A stretch of DNA of 64,000 nt, taken from Burkholderiales bacterium. GTDB taxonomy: Bacteria; Pseudomonadota; Gammaproteobacteria; Burkholderiales; Ga0077523. A program made the position numbers and the translations under genes. The stretch is from NCBI GenBank assembly GCA_038324085.1, contig JBBQHP010000004.1, forward strand, positions 69,231 through 133,230, written 5' to 3'. Numbering within the stretch: position 1 is the first letter of the stretch; every line of letters starts with the position of its first letter. The notes below the pieces were generated by a model. It was given only the letters and a program-made list of their open reading frames with translations, ran no database searches and was not told the origin of the DNA. Of this stretch, positions 21,163 through 31,880 are shown one piece after another.

Positions 21163-22449
21163 ATGAGCTCACGCAGCGAAACCCTGTTCGAACGATCCCA
21201 GCGAGTCATCCCCGGCGGCGTCAATTCACCCGTCCGGGCCTTCCGGTCCGTCGGCGGCACGCCGCGCTTTATCGTGCGTGGACGAGGTGCGCACCTCTGG
21301 GACGCCGACGGAAAAACCTACATCGATTACGTCGGGTCCTGGGGGCCGATGATCGTCGGTCATGCGCATCCGGAGGTCGTGCGCGCGGTGCAGGAAGCGG
21401 CCGAGGACGGCCTGTCTTTCGGCGCACCGACCGAGCGCGAACTGGAAATGGCCGAGCTGATCACGCGCTTGCTGCCTTCGATCGAGATGGTGCGCCTGGT
21501 GAGTTCGGGAACCGAGGCGACAATGACCGCCATCCGGCTCGCCCGCGGCTTCACCGGGCGCAACCGGATCGTGAAATTCGAGGGTTGCTATCACGGCCAC
21601 GCCGATGCCCTGCTGGTAAAGGCCGGTTCAGGCCTGCTGACCTTCGGCCAGCCGAGTTCCGCCGGCGTGCCCGCCGAGACGACGCAGCACACCACGGTCC
21701 TCGACTACAACGACGTGGCCGGCCTGGAGCAGGCGTTCGCAGCCCAGGGTGCCGAGATTGCCGCAGTGATCCTCGAACCGGTCGTGGGAAACATGAATTT
21801 CGTGATGCCGTCGCAGGAATTCCTGCGTGCGTTGCGCAGCCTCACGCGGCAACACGGCGCGCTCCTGATTTTCGACGAGGTCATGACCGGTTTTCGCGTA
21901 GGACCCCAGGGTGCTCAGGGGCTGTTCGGCATCGATCCCGATCTCACCACGCTGGGAAAGGTGGTGGGCGGTGGCATGCCGCTGGGCGCATTCGGCGGTC
22001 GCCGCGAGATCATGGAGAAGCTTGCGCCGCTCGGGCCGGTCTACCAGGCTGGTACGCTGTCGGGCAATCCGGTCGCCGTGGCTGCGGGGCTTGCAACCCT
22101 CAAGCTGGTTGCGGCGCCCGGCTTCTTCGATGGGCTCTCGGCCGTCACGCGCAGCCTGACCGACGGATTGGTGAGCGCCGCCAAGTCACGGGGGGTTCCG
22201 TTTTCCGCCGCCTGCGTGGGCGGCATGTTCGGCGTGTTTTTCCGCGATCAGCCGCCGACGAGCTATGCTGAAGTCATGTCGAGCAGCCGTGAGATGTTCA
22301 ATCGCTTCTTTCATCTGATGCTGGAACGCGGTGTCTACCTCGCTCCATCGGCGTTCGAAGCGGGGTTCGTCTCCTCCGCCCACGGGAATGCCGAGATCAG
22401 CGCCACCATCGCCGCCGCCGAAGACGCATTTGCGCATCTCGGGGCGTGA
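21163..22449 (+). CDS. hemL: Glutamate-1-semialdehyde 2,1-aminomutase
   Basis: The sequence begins [27 protein letters not shown] and contains the PLP region [11 protein letters not shown] and [16 protein letters not shown]. Confidence 0.95.
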   Translation: MSSRSETLFERSQRVIPGGVNSPVRAFRSVGGTPRFIVRGRGAHLWDADGKTYIDYVGSWGPMIVGHAHPEVVRAVQEAAEDGLSFGAPTERELEMAELITRLLPSIEMVRLVSSGTEATMTAIRLARGFTGRNRIVKFEGCYHGHADALLVKAGSGLLTFGQPSSAGVPAETTQHTTVLDYNDVAGLEQAFAAQGAEIAAVILEPVVGNMNFVMPSQEFLRALRSLTRQHGALLIFDEVMTGFRVGPQGAQGLFGIDPDLTTLGKVVGGGMPLGAFGGRREIMEKLAPLGPVYQAGTLSGNPVAVAAGLATLKLVAAPGFFDGLSAVTRSLTDGLVSAAKSRGVPFSAACVGGMFGVFFRDQPPTSYAEVMSSSREMFNRFFHLMLERGVYLAPSAFEAGFVSSAHGNAEISATIAAAEDAFAHLGA

Positions 22450-22465
22450 CCGCTTGCAACGCGAC

Positions 22466-23080
22466 TCAGCGCAAGCCGGCGGCGTACTCGGCGAGCGCAG
22501 CCATCTCGTGGTCGGTCATCTTGGCGGCGATGATGCGCATCATGTTGTTGGTGTCGTTGGCGCGCTCTCCTGCACGGAACGCCTTCAGTTGGGCGACGGT
22601 GTAGTCCTGATGCTGGCCGGAAAGTCGCGGGAACTGCGACGGGATCCCGGCACCGGTGGGCGAATGGCAGGCTGCACAAGCGGGCAGCCCACGCTCGGTG
22701 TCGCCAAAGCGGTAGAGCTTCTGACCGATGGTGACGAGGTCCTGATCCCTCGCGGGGGCCGGGTGCAGCGCCTGCGAGCCGAAATAGGCGCCCAGGTTCT
22801 TCATGTCGTCCGGCGAAAGGTTTGCGACCATGCCCGCCATGATCGCGTTGGGGCGCGCGCCGCTCTTGAAGTTCGCGAGCTGCTTGGCGATGTAGTCGGG
22901 ATGCTGCTGCGCCAGGTTGGGATTGAGCGGAATGGCGCTGTTGCCATCCGGGCCGTGGCAGGCGCCGCACACTGCGGCCAGCGCCTGTCCCTTGCTGGCA
23001 TCGCCGTGCATGGACTCGGCGTGGGCGATGGCTGCGGCGAACAGGCTCAGGGCGAGCACGGCCTGCGTGAAGCTGGGCAT
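22466..23080 (-). CDS. Di-haem cytochrome c4
   Basis: It has a signal peptide plus two CxxCH haem-binding motifs (CGACH and CAACH), each followed by a distal Met region. It is 204 aa and divergent from engB, as in many proteobacteria. Confidence 0.9.
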   Translation of the reverse strand: MPSFTQAVLALSLFAAAIAHAESMHGDASKGQALAAVCGACHGPDGNSAIPLNPNLAQQHPDYIAKQLANFKSGARPNAIMAGMVANLSPDDMKNLGAYFGSQALHPAPARDQDLVTIGQKLYRFGDTERGLPACAACHSPTGAGIPSQFPRLSGQHQDYTVAQLKAFRAGERANDTNNMMRIIAAKMTDHEMAALAEYAAGLR

Positions 23081-23241
23081 AGTCAGTTCCTCGGCGGGTT
23101 GCTGCGGGGTCCTGCCAGTGGTCGATCTGACCGCGACCGAATTCCGGCAGGGTGGCGCATAAAAGTTCAGATAATCAGCAAGAAGGGGGAGTTTAGCCGA
23201 TTTGGGTGTCGACCGAACAGGCCCGACTGGAGGATGACGCC

Positions 23242-23871
23242 ATGAGTATCTTCAATCGCACGACCTATGTGGCCAGCGCACATGATCGCAAGGACCTGTT
23301 GCCCGATGTGGGCTGGGAGATCGCCTTCGCCGGTCGCTCCAACTCGGGCAAGTCGAGCGCCATTAACACCATCACCGGGCGCAACCGCCTGGCGTTCGCG
23401 AGCAAGACCCCCGGCCGAACCCAGCTGATCAATTTCTTCGCACTCGAGGCGGGGCGCCACCTGGTGGATCTGCCGGGCTATGGCTATGCGGATGTGCCCG
23501 AAAAGGAGCGCCGTCGCTGGGGCGAGTTCATCGCCGTCTATCTCGCGGAACGAGTCGCGTTGCGCGGCTTGTTCGTGATCATGGATGCGCGTCACCCGAT
23601 GACGCCGCTGGATGAACAGCTGCTCGAATGGTTCTTGCCCGCCGGCAAGCCGATGCATATCCTCCTCACCAAGGCGGACAAGCTGTCCCGTCGCGAAAGC
23701 GCCGATCAACTGGCATCGGTGCGTACCGCATTGCGCGCGCGAGGTCCCCAGTTCAGCGCACAGCTGTTTTCCAGTTTGAAGCGCACCGGTGTCGACGAGG
23801 CGCGGGCAGTGCTGCTGCGCTGGTTCGAGCTGGAAAGGGACAAAGAAAGGCCCCCGGTCGAAGGGGATTGA
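23242..23871 (+). CDS. engB: Ribosome-biogenesis GTPase YihA/EngB
   Basis: The ORF was trimmed to the ATG at 23242, which is preceded by GGAGG. It has the G1 motif GRSNSGKSS, G3 motif DLPGYG and G4 motif TKADK. Confidence 0.92.
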   Translation: MSIFNRTTYVASAHDRKDLLPDVGWEIAFAGRSNSGKSSAINTITGRNRLAFASKTPGRTQLINFFALEAGRHLVDLPGYGYADVPEKERRRWGEFIAVYLAERVALRGLFVIMDARHPMTPLDEQLLEWFLPAGKPMHILLTKADKLSRRESADQLASVRTALRARGPQFSAQLFSSLKRTGVDEARAVLLRWFELERDKERPPVEGD

Positions 23872-23962
23872 AAACCGGGGGCCAAGCCTCTTCTAGGGAA
23901 AAGGCGCCCGCTCAGGGAGGAGAAGCGGGAGACTTACAACGTCCGATATTGAGAGCCTGTGA

Positions 23963-25033
<1,071 letters not shown>

Positions 25034-25046
25034 CACGCGGGCCGGA

Positions 25047-25811
25047 TCAACCGTCGTTGAACTTCGATCGGCGGTCGCGCTCGAGCCGGATGATGTAGCG
25101 CTGGATCATTGCTTCCGAAGCCGGGGACAACTTGGAGAACTTGCACCCCGCGCGGCGATGGACCAGACCGTTGCGCAGTGGAATCTCGAAGCTGTTGCGC
25201 ACGCGCAGAGAGGTCGTGAGCACGCCGATCTCGGGCAGGTCGATCCTGCAGTTATCCAGCGCCATCCCGGGTTCCAGGATTTCAGTTTCGGGGAAGCCGG
25301 TCAGGCACACGCCACCGATACTGATATCGACGATCGACATCGTCAACGCGGGAGAATCACCCCGCGGCACGACACACTGGAGCGGGTTCGAGAGGGAGGC
25401 GGGGACGCGGTAGTATTCGCGCCGCTGGTATTTGTAGAGCGTTTCCGGCAACGCCGACCGCAACGCCGGGCGGCCCTCGAACTCGCAGGGCGTCAACGCA
25501 GCCGTCGCGAACTGGACCTTGACCTTGTCCTGATTGGTCACGAACGAGATTCGTTTGCTGGAGAGGAGGCGCTGGTTTGCCGCGACCTGCTGATTCGCAT
25601 CGAACACCGCGAACCCGCCCGGTCCGTCGACTGCAAGCAATGCAGTGATGGCGAAGTCGCGGCCTTCGTTGAAGTATGCGGTGACAATTTCCCCTGCCTG
25701 CATCACGGACTTGAGGATGAAGGCGATCTCGACGCGCCCACGGACGAGAAATCGGCTCTCTTCTTCTTCGCCTTCGGGCTCGGAGCGGGGGGTATTTCCG
25801 GTTGAATCCAT
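25047..25811 (-). CDS. PilZN-PilZ domain c-di-GMP receptor (YcgR-like)
   Basis: The C-terminal PilZ motifs are intact: RxxxR (QRREYYRV) and D/NxSxxG (DISIGGV). An N-terminal YcgR-like domain is present. The ATG at 25811 is preferred over the TTG at 25847. Confidence 0.8.
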   Translation of the reverse strand: MDSTGNTPRSEPEGEEEESRFLVRGRVEIAFILKSVMQAGEIVTAYFNEGRDFAITALLAVDGPGGFAVFDANQQVAANQRLLSSKRISFVTNQDKVKVQFATAALTPCEFEGRPALRSALPETLYKYQRREYYRVPASLSNPLQCVVPRGDSPALTMSIVDISIGGVCLTGFPETEILEPGMALDNCRIDLPEIGVLTTSLRVRNSFEIPLRNGLVHRRAGCKFSKLSPASEAMIQRYIIRLERDRRSKFNDG

Positions 25812-25888
25812 GAAAAGCCAGGTGCAGCGAGGGTTTTCGTCGGCCAAGCGGCCGATGACGATGGGTTGCGGCGGCCGCCAGCCAAACT

Positions 25889-26512
25889 TTAGTCGGGCGT
25901 GATGCCGACGGTCTCGGAAAGGCTCGACGCGATCCAGCCGCTGCGCACCCGCTCGATCGGGCGCCCCTCGGGTGTCGCCCGCAGGGGCCCGCGCAGATCG
26001 CGGCTGCCGAACACGGTGACGGTGAAACGCGCCTCCGGGGTCTCGAACTCATAGCTCGGCACCATCCGAAGCTCGTCCCCTGCCCAGAAGCGGCCTTCCC
26101 GGGTACGGAAATCGACGCCTTCGTTTATCAGGTACATCTCCACTTCCTTGGCGTTGTCGGTGAACAGGTGCAGATCGACATCGGCGTAGCGCCCGGCGCT
26201 GCCCGACAACACCGGGCCCACGAGGTGAGGATCGAAAGCTTGCAGCTCGCACATCATTTCAAGCGCGGCCCGACGCAGCGCCGCGACTCTCTCGGCCTGC
26301 TCTTCGGCCTGATAGAGCTGCTGGTAAGCCCTGAGCGCGTCCTCGATCTCGGCGTTGTCCGGCAGATTGCGCGTGTCCGGCGCGCCCACCTGCCGGGCGG
26401 CCTTGCGTTTCGCCAATGCGAAGTCGTCGACCCCGTCCTGGGCCATCAGGCGGGCGGCGAGGTGGGCAATGCGTGATCGCATCTGACGACTTCCGGGTTG
26501 ATCTTTCGGCAT
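25889..26512 (-). CDS. Hypothetical protein (about 207 aa), helical N-terminus plus an alpha/beta C-terminal domain
   Basis: The ATG at 26512 is preceded by GAGG. A TTG at 26527 would overlap the mrcA stop. The protein contains SGSAGRYADVDLHLF, a weak resemblance to the GS...DxD signature of nucleotidyltransferases, although the spacing is shorter than usual. Codon usage looks native. I do not recognise the family. Confidence 0.6.
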   Translation of the reverse strand: MPKDQPGSRQMRSRIAHLAARLMAQDGVDDFALAKRKAARQVGAPDTRNLPDNAEIEDALRAYQQLYQAEEQAERVAALRRAALEMMCELQAFDPHLVGPVLSGSAGRYADVDLHLFTDNAKEVEMYLINEGVDFRTREGRFWAGDELRMVPSYEFETPEARFTVTVFGSRDLRGPLRATPEGRPIERVRSGWIASSLSETVGITPD

Positions 26513-26523
26513 GCCGGCGACCC

Positions 26524-28842
26524 TCAATAGATCTCGCTTTCGACGTCCTCTTTGCGACCAGCGGCGCCGCCAGCCGTGTCCTCTTCCGGCGGCATGTTCT
26601 CACGATAGAAGTATTCCACCATCCGGTTCGGGATCCGATCATTGCGCAACCCGGTGTCGGGGTCGATCTCTGCCGCGACGACGCCCTCCGGGGGCTCGGG
26701 CGCCACGTCGGGAACGTCCTTCAGCGCCGTACCCATGTACGAGATCCAGATGGGCAGCGCTGCCATCGCGCCCGTCTCGCTGTTGCCGAGGGAGCGCGGC
26801 GTGTCGAATCCCATCCAGGCAATCGCCGTGAGTCCGGGATTGAAGCCGGCGAACCACGCGTCCATCTGGTCGTTGGTGGTGCCGGTCTTGCCCGCGAGGT
26901 CCGCCCGACCGAGTTGCAGGGCACGGGAGCCGGTGCCGCCCCGGATCACGTCCTGCATCATGTTGGTCATGATGAACGCATTGCGCTGGTCGATCACGCG
27001 GGGCGCGGCATCGGGCGCAGATTGGACCTTGGTCTTGGCCAGGATCCTCCCGCTTGCATCCTCGATCCGGTCGATGAAGTACGGGCTCACCCGGAAGCCC
27101 CCATTGGCGAACGCGGCGTAACCGGTAGCCATCTGCCACATCGTGACCGAACCAGCTCCGAGCGCCATGGTGAGGTAGGGCGGAATCAGTTTCGGATCGA
27201 ACCCGAAGCGGGTTACGTAGTCCTGTGCGTACTTGGGACCGATCGCCTGCAGGATCCGGATCGAGACCAGGTTTTTCGACTTGGTGAGCGCCGTGCGCAT
27301 GCGCATCGGACCGTCGAAGGTCGCATCGAAGTTCTTCGGCTCCCATACCGCCGAGCCGGTCTCGGAGGCGTCGAAGGTGAGCGGAGCGTCGTTGATGATC
27401 GTCGCCGGGGTGAAGCCTTTCTCGAGCGCCGCCGAGTACACGAACGGCTTGAAGCTCGACCCGGGCTGGCGAAACGCCTGGGTGACGTGATTGAACTTGT
27501 TCCGATTGAAGTCGAAGCCTCCGACGAGGGCCTGGACCGCGCCGGTCATGTTGTCGATGCCGATCAAACCGGCTTCGACCTGGGGAAGCTGCGAGATCTG
27601 CCACACGCCCGCAGTATCCCTCTGCACGCGGATCAAGGCGCCGGCGCGCAAGCGGTGGTTGGCCGGGGCCTTGTCCCCGATCATGCGCTGTCCGAACTTG
27701 AGACCTTCTCCCGTGATCTCGGCCCGGCCGACCCCCTTCACGTAGACGCGTATCGCCTTGGATTCCGCGTTGAGGATCAACGCCGGCAGGATGTCGTCGG
27801 CTTCCACCTCGTCGGCAAGCAGGTCTTCCAGGGCTTCGTCGGCAACGGGTGTCGGCAGTTGTGCATAGCCTTCCGCGCCCCGATAGGCGTGACGGCGATC
27901 GTAGTCGAGCACCCCCCGCCGCACCGCCGCGTAGGCAGCATTCTGCTGCTCCCGTTTGATGGTCGTGTAGACCCGAAAGCCGGAGGAATAGGCGTCGTCG
28001 CGGTAGCGCTCGTACATCGCCTGCCTGACCATTTCCGTCAGGAAGTCCGCACGCGTGGCATAAACCTGCTGCGTCGCATGCACCTTGATGGGTGCCTTGA
28101 GCGCGTCGTTGTAGTGAGCGGTGGTGATGTAGTCGAGTTCGTGCATGCGGCGCAGCACGTACTCCTGACGCGCCTTGGCCCGTGCGGGATTGGCGACGGG
28201 GTTGTAGCGCGACGGTGCCTTGGGCAGGCCGGCCAGCATCGCAGTCTCCGCAAGGCTCAAGCGGTCCAGCGTTTTGCCGAAATAGGTCTGAGCAGCAACG
28301 GCGAATCCGTAGGCGCGCTGACCGAGGTAGATCTGGTTGATGTACAGCTGGAGTATCTCGTCCTTGGTGAGGTTATGTTCGATCTTGAAGGCCAACAGAG
28401 CTTCGTTGAATTTGCGGGTGAAGGTCTTCTCCTTCGTGAGGAAGAAGTTCCGCGCGACCTGCATGGTGATAGTGCTCGCACCCTGGTGCGCGCCACCCTG
28501 GATGAAGTTGGACACCGCCGCTCGCGCCACGCCGATGTAGTCGACCCCGCCATGTTCGTAGAAGCGCTCGTCCTCGGCCGCGATGATCGCGTCGCGCATG
28601 GCCTTGGGGACGTCCTTGATCTGGACCAGGGCGCGGCGCTCTTCGCCGAACTCGCCGATGAGTTCGCCTTCGCTGCTGAAGATCTGGAGCGGAATCTTTG
28701 GCCGGTAGTCAGTGAGTGCTTCCAGCGAAGGCAGGCTTGGGTAGGCAACCACGGCTGCGTAACCGGCCAGAAGTCCGGCCGCGAGGACGGCGGCGAGCAC
28801 CACTAGCAGGGGCAACAGCCACCATCGGAGAGGTATGGGCAA
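26524..28842 (-). CDS. mrcA: Penicillin-binding protein 1A (bifunctional transglycosylase/transpeptidase)
   Basis: It has the glycosyltransferase motif EDERFYEHGGVD and the transpeptidase motifs SSFKP and KTGTT. There is an N-terminal transmembrane helix. The start is apparently the TTG at 28842, since no in-frame ATG lies nearby. It is divergent from pilM, as in Pseudomonas. Confidence 0.93.
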   Translation of the reverse strand: MPIPLRWWLLPLLVVLAAVLAAGLLAGYAAVVAYPSLPSLEALTDYRPKIPLQIFSSEGELIGEFGEERRALVQIKDVPKAMRDAIIAAEDERFYEHGGVDYIGVARAAVSNFIQGGAHQGASTITMQVARNFFLTKEKTFTRKFNEALLAFKIEHNLTKDEILQLYINQIYLGQRAYGFAVAAQTYFGKTLDRLSLAETAMLAGLPKAPSRYNPVANPARAKARQEYVLRRMHELDYITTAHYNDALKAPIKVHATQQVYATRADFLTEMVRQAMYERYRDDAYSSGFRVYTTIKREQQNAAYAAVRRGVLDYDRRHAYRGAEGYAQLPTPVADEALEDLLADEVEADDILPALILNAESKAIRVYVKGVGRAEITGEGLKFGQRMIGDKAPANHRLRAGALIRVQRDTAGVWQISQLPQVEAGLIGIDNMTGAVQALVGGFDFNRNKFNHVTQAFRQPGSSFKPFVYSAALEKGFTPATIINDAPLTFDASETGSAVWEPKNFDATFDGPMRMRTALTKSKNLVSIRILQAIGPKYAQDYVTRFGFDPKLIPPYLTMALGAGSVTMWQMATGYAAFANGGFRVSPYFIDRIEDASGRILAKTKVQSAPDAAPRVIDQRNAFIMTNMMQDVIRGGTGSRALQLGRADLAGKTGTTNDQMDAWFAGFNPGLTAIAWMGFDTPRSLGNSETGAMAALPIWISYMGTALKDVPDVAPEPPEGVVAAEIDPDTGLRNDRIPNRMVEYFYRENMPPEEDTAGGAAGRKEDVESEIY

Positions 28843-29007
28843 GGGAATTGCTTTGGCCGAACAGTGGGGTGGAAGGGTTTTTTGAAGGCTTTTCCATTAT
28901 AGAGGCGCTCCAGACGCCGCAAAAATGAAAAACCCACTTTCCCAAGCTTGATTTGAATTTGCAGCTAGTATCTAATGTAAATTGTATATTATTGGCGTAA
29001 CTCGCCC
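28843..29007. promoter_or_regulatory. AT-rich divergent promoter region between mrcA and pilM
   Basis: This is visibly the most AT-rich stretch of the window (for example aaaaatgaaaaacccactttcccaagcttgatttgaatttgcagctagtatctaatgtaaattgtatattattgg). It contains several -35/-10-like hexamers (TTGATT..TCTAAT, TATATT). No single promoter can be assigned by eye. Confidence 0.5.
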
Positions 29008-30120
29008 ATGCTCAAGGGAAAATTGGATCTGACTGCTGCATCAGACTTTCTAGCGAATCTGATGAAACCCAAGGCGCCGCCCTTGATCGGCGTCGATATC
29101 AGTTCCTCATCCGTGAAGATGGTTGAAATCGCGGCTGTCGGGAAGGGACGCTATCGCCTGGAGCGCTATACGGTGGAGCCGCTCTCCAAGGACGCGGTCG
29201 TGGACGGCAACATCATGAACCTCGAAGAGGTGGGCGAGGCAGTGAAGCGCGGCTGGAAGAAGATGAACACGCGCGTCCGCAACCTCGCCCTCGCCCTGCC
29301 CTCGGCCGCCGTGATCACGAAGAAGATCGTGATGGGCGCCGACCTCCGCGAGGAGGAACGGGAGGTGCAGGTCGAAGCGGAAGCCAACCAGTACATCCCG
29401 TTCGCGCTCGAGGAAGTGAATCTCGACTTCCAGATTCTCGGCCCGTCGCCAAGCAGTCCGGAAGAGGTCGAGGTCCTGATCGCGGCGTCGCGCAAGGAAA
29501 AGGTGGAAGACCGCGTGGCGGTCGCCGAGGCGGCGGGCCTCAAGGCGGTCGTCATGGACATCGATTCGTTCGCCTCCCAGACGGCTTTCGAACTGATCGA
29601 ATCGCAACTGCCCGACGGCGGCCTCGACCAGACGATCGCCCTGGTGGACGTAGGCGCGTCGATGATGAATATCAACGTGCTGCGGAACAACCAGTCCGTC
29701 TACATGCGGGAACAGCCTTTCGGCGGCAACCAGCTCACGCAGGAGATTCAGCGCGTCTTCAACCTGTCGAGTGAAGAGGCGGAGGCGGCCAAGAAGAATG
29801 GCGGACTCCCGGGCAATTACGAAACGGAAGTGCTGACGCCGTTCATGGACACGCTCGCGCTCGAAGTCACCCGCGCGCTCCAGTTCTTCTTCACCTCGAC
29901 CCAGTTCAACCAGGTTCACCACATCGTGCTGGCCGGCGGATGTTCGACCATTCCCGGGCTCGACGAGGTGGTCGCGAAGCGCACCGGGGTCAGTGCCCTG
30001 GTCGCGAATCCCTTCGCGTCGATGGAGAAGTCCCCCAAGATCAAGGAGCGCCAGCTGTCGCTGGACGCACCCGCGCTGATGGTCGCCTGCGGGCTTGCGA
30101 TGCGGAGGTTCGACGAATGA
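29008..30120 (+). CDS. pilM: Type IV pilus assembly protein PilM (actin-like ATPase fold)
   Basis: The sequence LIGVDISSSSVKMVEI begins an actin-like fold. The gene heads a pilMNOPQ cluster. An alternative start is the ATG at 29062 (MKPKAPPLIGVD). Confidence 0.9.
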   Translation: MLKGKLDLTAASDFLANLMKPKAPPLIGVDISSSSVKMVEIAAVGKGRYRLERYTVEPLSKDAVVDGNIMNLEEVGEAVKRGWKKMNTRVRNLALALPSAAVITKKIVMGADLREEEREVQVEAEANQYIPFALEEVNLDFQILGPSPSSPEEVEVLIAASRKEKVEDRVAVAEAAGLKAVVMDIDSFASQTAFELIESQLPDGGLDQTIALVDVGASMMNINVLRNNQSVYMREQPFGGNQLTQEIQRVFNLSSEEAEAAKKNGGLPGNYETEVLTPFMDTLALEVTRALQFFFTSTQFNQVHHIVLAGGCSTIPGLDEVVAKRTGVSALVANPFASMEKSPKIKERQLSLDAPALMVACGLAMRRFDE

Positions 30121-30710
30121 TCCCGATCAACCTCCTGCCGCATCGCGCCCAGCGGCGCGCGGCCCAGCGGCGCCAGTTCTTCGTTCTCGCCAGCATGGTC
30201 TTCGGGCTGGGCGTGGCGATCGTGATCCTGGTGCACAGCTACTTCGCGACCCAGATCGAGTACCAGAGCGGCCGCAATCAGTATCTCGAAGGCGAGATCA
30301 CCGTGCTGGACCGGCAGATCGACGAGATCAAGAAACTGAAAGAGCAGACCCAGGCCCTGCTCGAGCGCAAGAAGGTGGTGGAGTCGCTGCAGTCGAATCG
30401 TTCAGAGACCGTGCGCCTCCTCGACCAGCTGGTGCGCCAGCTGCCGGACGGGGTCTACCTGAAGACGGTCAAGCAAACCGGGGCTCGCGTCAACATCGTC
30501 GGCTATGCCACCTCCAACGCGCGTGTCTCGACGCTGATGCGCAACCTCGAGGCTTCACCGTTTCTCGAGGCACCGAGTCTGGTAGAGATTCGCGCTGTGC
30601 AGGTCGACAAGCAGAATCTCAACGAGTTCAACCTGAACGTGAACCTCACGCGCGAGAAGGTCGAAGCGGCTCCGGCCGGCAGACCGGCCGCGAAGGCGAC
30701 AAAGGGGTAA
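30117..30710 (+). CDS. pilN: Type IV pilus assembly protein PilN
   Basis: The track ORF 29940..30710 was trimmed to the ATG at 30117, which overlaps the pilM stop (ATGA). The sequence begins MIPINLLPHR, followed by a single transmembrane helix and a coiled coil. Confidence 0.9.
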   Translation: MIPINLLPHRAQRRAAQRRQFFVLASMVFGLGVAIVILVHSYFATQIEYQSGRNQYLEGEITVLDRQIDEIKKLKEQTQALLERKKVVESLQSNRSETVRLLDQLVRQLPDGVYLKTVKQTGARVNIVGYATSNARVSTLMRNLEASPFLEAPSLVEIRAVQVDKQNLNEFNLNVNLTREKVEAAPAGRPAAKATKG

Positions 30711-30717
30711 GGGCGTC

Positions 30718-31347
30718 ATGGCGATGACTTTCGGCGATCTCCAGCGGCTGGACCCTCGCGACGTCGGCAACTGGCCGGTGTTGCCGAAGCTCGGCGTGCT
30801 CTTCATCCTGTTGCTGCTGCTCGTGCTGGGCGGCTACTGGTTCGATTGGAAGGACCAGCTCGAGACCCTGGCGGCAGAGCGCCAGAAGGAAACGGATCTT
30901 CGTGCCAAGTTCCTGGACAAGAAGGCGCAGGCGATCAATCTCGATGCCTACCGCAAGCAGTTGGCCGACATAGAGCAGTCGTTCGGCGCGATGCTGAAAC
31001 AGCTTCCGAACAAGTCCGAGATGGAAGCTCTGCTCACCGACATCAATCAGGCCGGACTCGGGCGCGGCCTGCAGTTCGAGCTGTTCCGACCCGCGCCCAA
31101 GGAAAACACCTCGGAGTTCTACGCGGAGTTGCCGATCACGATCAAGGTTACCGGTGCGTACCACGACATCGGTGCCTTCGCGAGCGACGTGTCGCAGCTA
31201 TCCCGGATCGTGACGTTGAACGACATCGCGTTGCAGGTCGACAAGGATCGAGGCCTGATACTGGACGCAACGGCAAAGACCTATCGCTACCTCGACGATG
31301 CCGAGGTCGCTGCCCAGAAGAAACCCGCGAAGGGAGCGAAGAATTGA
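30718..31347 (+). CDS. pilO: Type IV pilus assembly protein PilO
   Basis: It has one transmembrane helix (LGVLFILLLLLVLGGYWF), a coiled coil, and a C-terminal ferredoxin-like region (YAELPITIKVTGAYHDIGAFASDVSQLSRIV). Confidence 0.9.
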   Translation: MAMTFGDLQRLDPRDVGNWPVLPKLGVLFILLLLLVLGGYWFDWKDQLETLAAERQKETDLRAKFLDKKAQAINLDAYRKQLADIEQSFGAMLKQLPNKSEMEALLTDINQAGLGRGLQFELFRPAPKENTSEFYAELPITIKVTGAYHDIGAFASDVSQLSRIVTLNDIALQVDKDRGLILDATAKTYRYLDDAEVAAQKKPAKGAKN

Positions 31348-31880
31348 TTAAGCGCACCCTGATCATGATGGCGGCCAGCGTATTGCTTGCCGGCTGCGGC
31401 GGCGAGCAGTACCAGGACCTGAGGGAATTCGTCAAAGACTCGGGCGCCAACCTGCGCGGTCGTGTCGAGCCCTTGCCGGAGGTGAAGCCTTACGAGGCGT
31501 TCACCTACGACGCATTCGAACTGCCGGATCCCTTCAGGCCGCGCGGCAATGCGGCAGAGAAGGGCTCGGGCGCCGGAAGCGGGCCCGCACCGGACCTCAA
31601 CAGGCGCAAGGAGGCTCTCGAAGGCTATCCTCTGGAGAGTCTCAAGATGGTCGGAACCCTGCAGGACAAGTCCAAGAAGATGTTCGGCCTCATCAAGACG
31701 CCGGACAACAACATCTACCAGGTGAAGAGCGGGAACTATCTCGGTCAGAACTTCGGTGTGATCTCGATGATCACGGAGACATCGATCACGCTCAAGGAAG
31801 TCATCCAGGACACCGCCGGTGTCTGGACGGAGCGGACGAGCAACCTGCAATTGCTCGACGAAGAGGAGTCGAAGAAATGA
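31344..31880 (+). CDS. pilP: Type IV pilus assembly lipoprotein PilP
   Basis: It has a lipobox (SVLLAGC) and the conserved sequence YEAFTYDAFELPDPF...LKMVGTL. The start is either the TTG at 31344, overlapping the pilO stop (TTGA), or the ATG at 31365. The stop overlaps the pilQ ATG. Confidence 0.85.
   Translation: MIKRTLIMMAASVLLAGCGGEQYQDLREFVKDSGANLRGRVEPLPEVKPYEAFTYDAFELPDPFRPRGNAAEKGSGAGSGPAPDLNRRKEALEGYPLESLKMVGTLQDKSKKMFGLIKTPDNNIYQVKSGNYLGQNFGVISMITETSITLKEVIQDTAGVWTERTSNLQLLDEEESKK

Noticed and set aside
26416-28806. A 796-aa ORF antisense to mrcA. There are similar long antisense ORFs at 957..2237, 13704..15053, 31889..33787, 35715..36896, 41477..43405, 44853..47021, 46880..48961, 53248..54624, 58015..59421, 59930..61174 and 61171..62832.
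   Set aside because: Each lies opposite a gene with clear catalytic motifs. All share the same Arg/Gly/His/Asp-rich, motif-free composition. None has an independent RBS or synteny logic.
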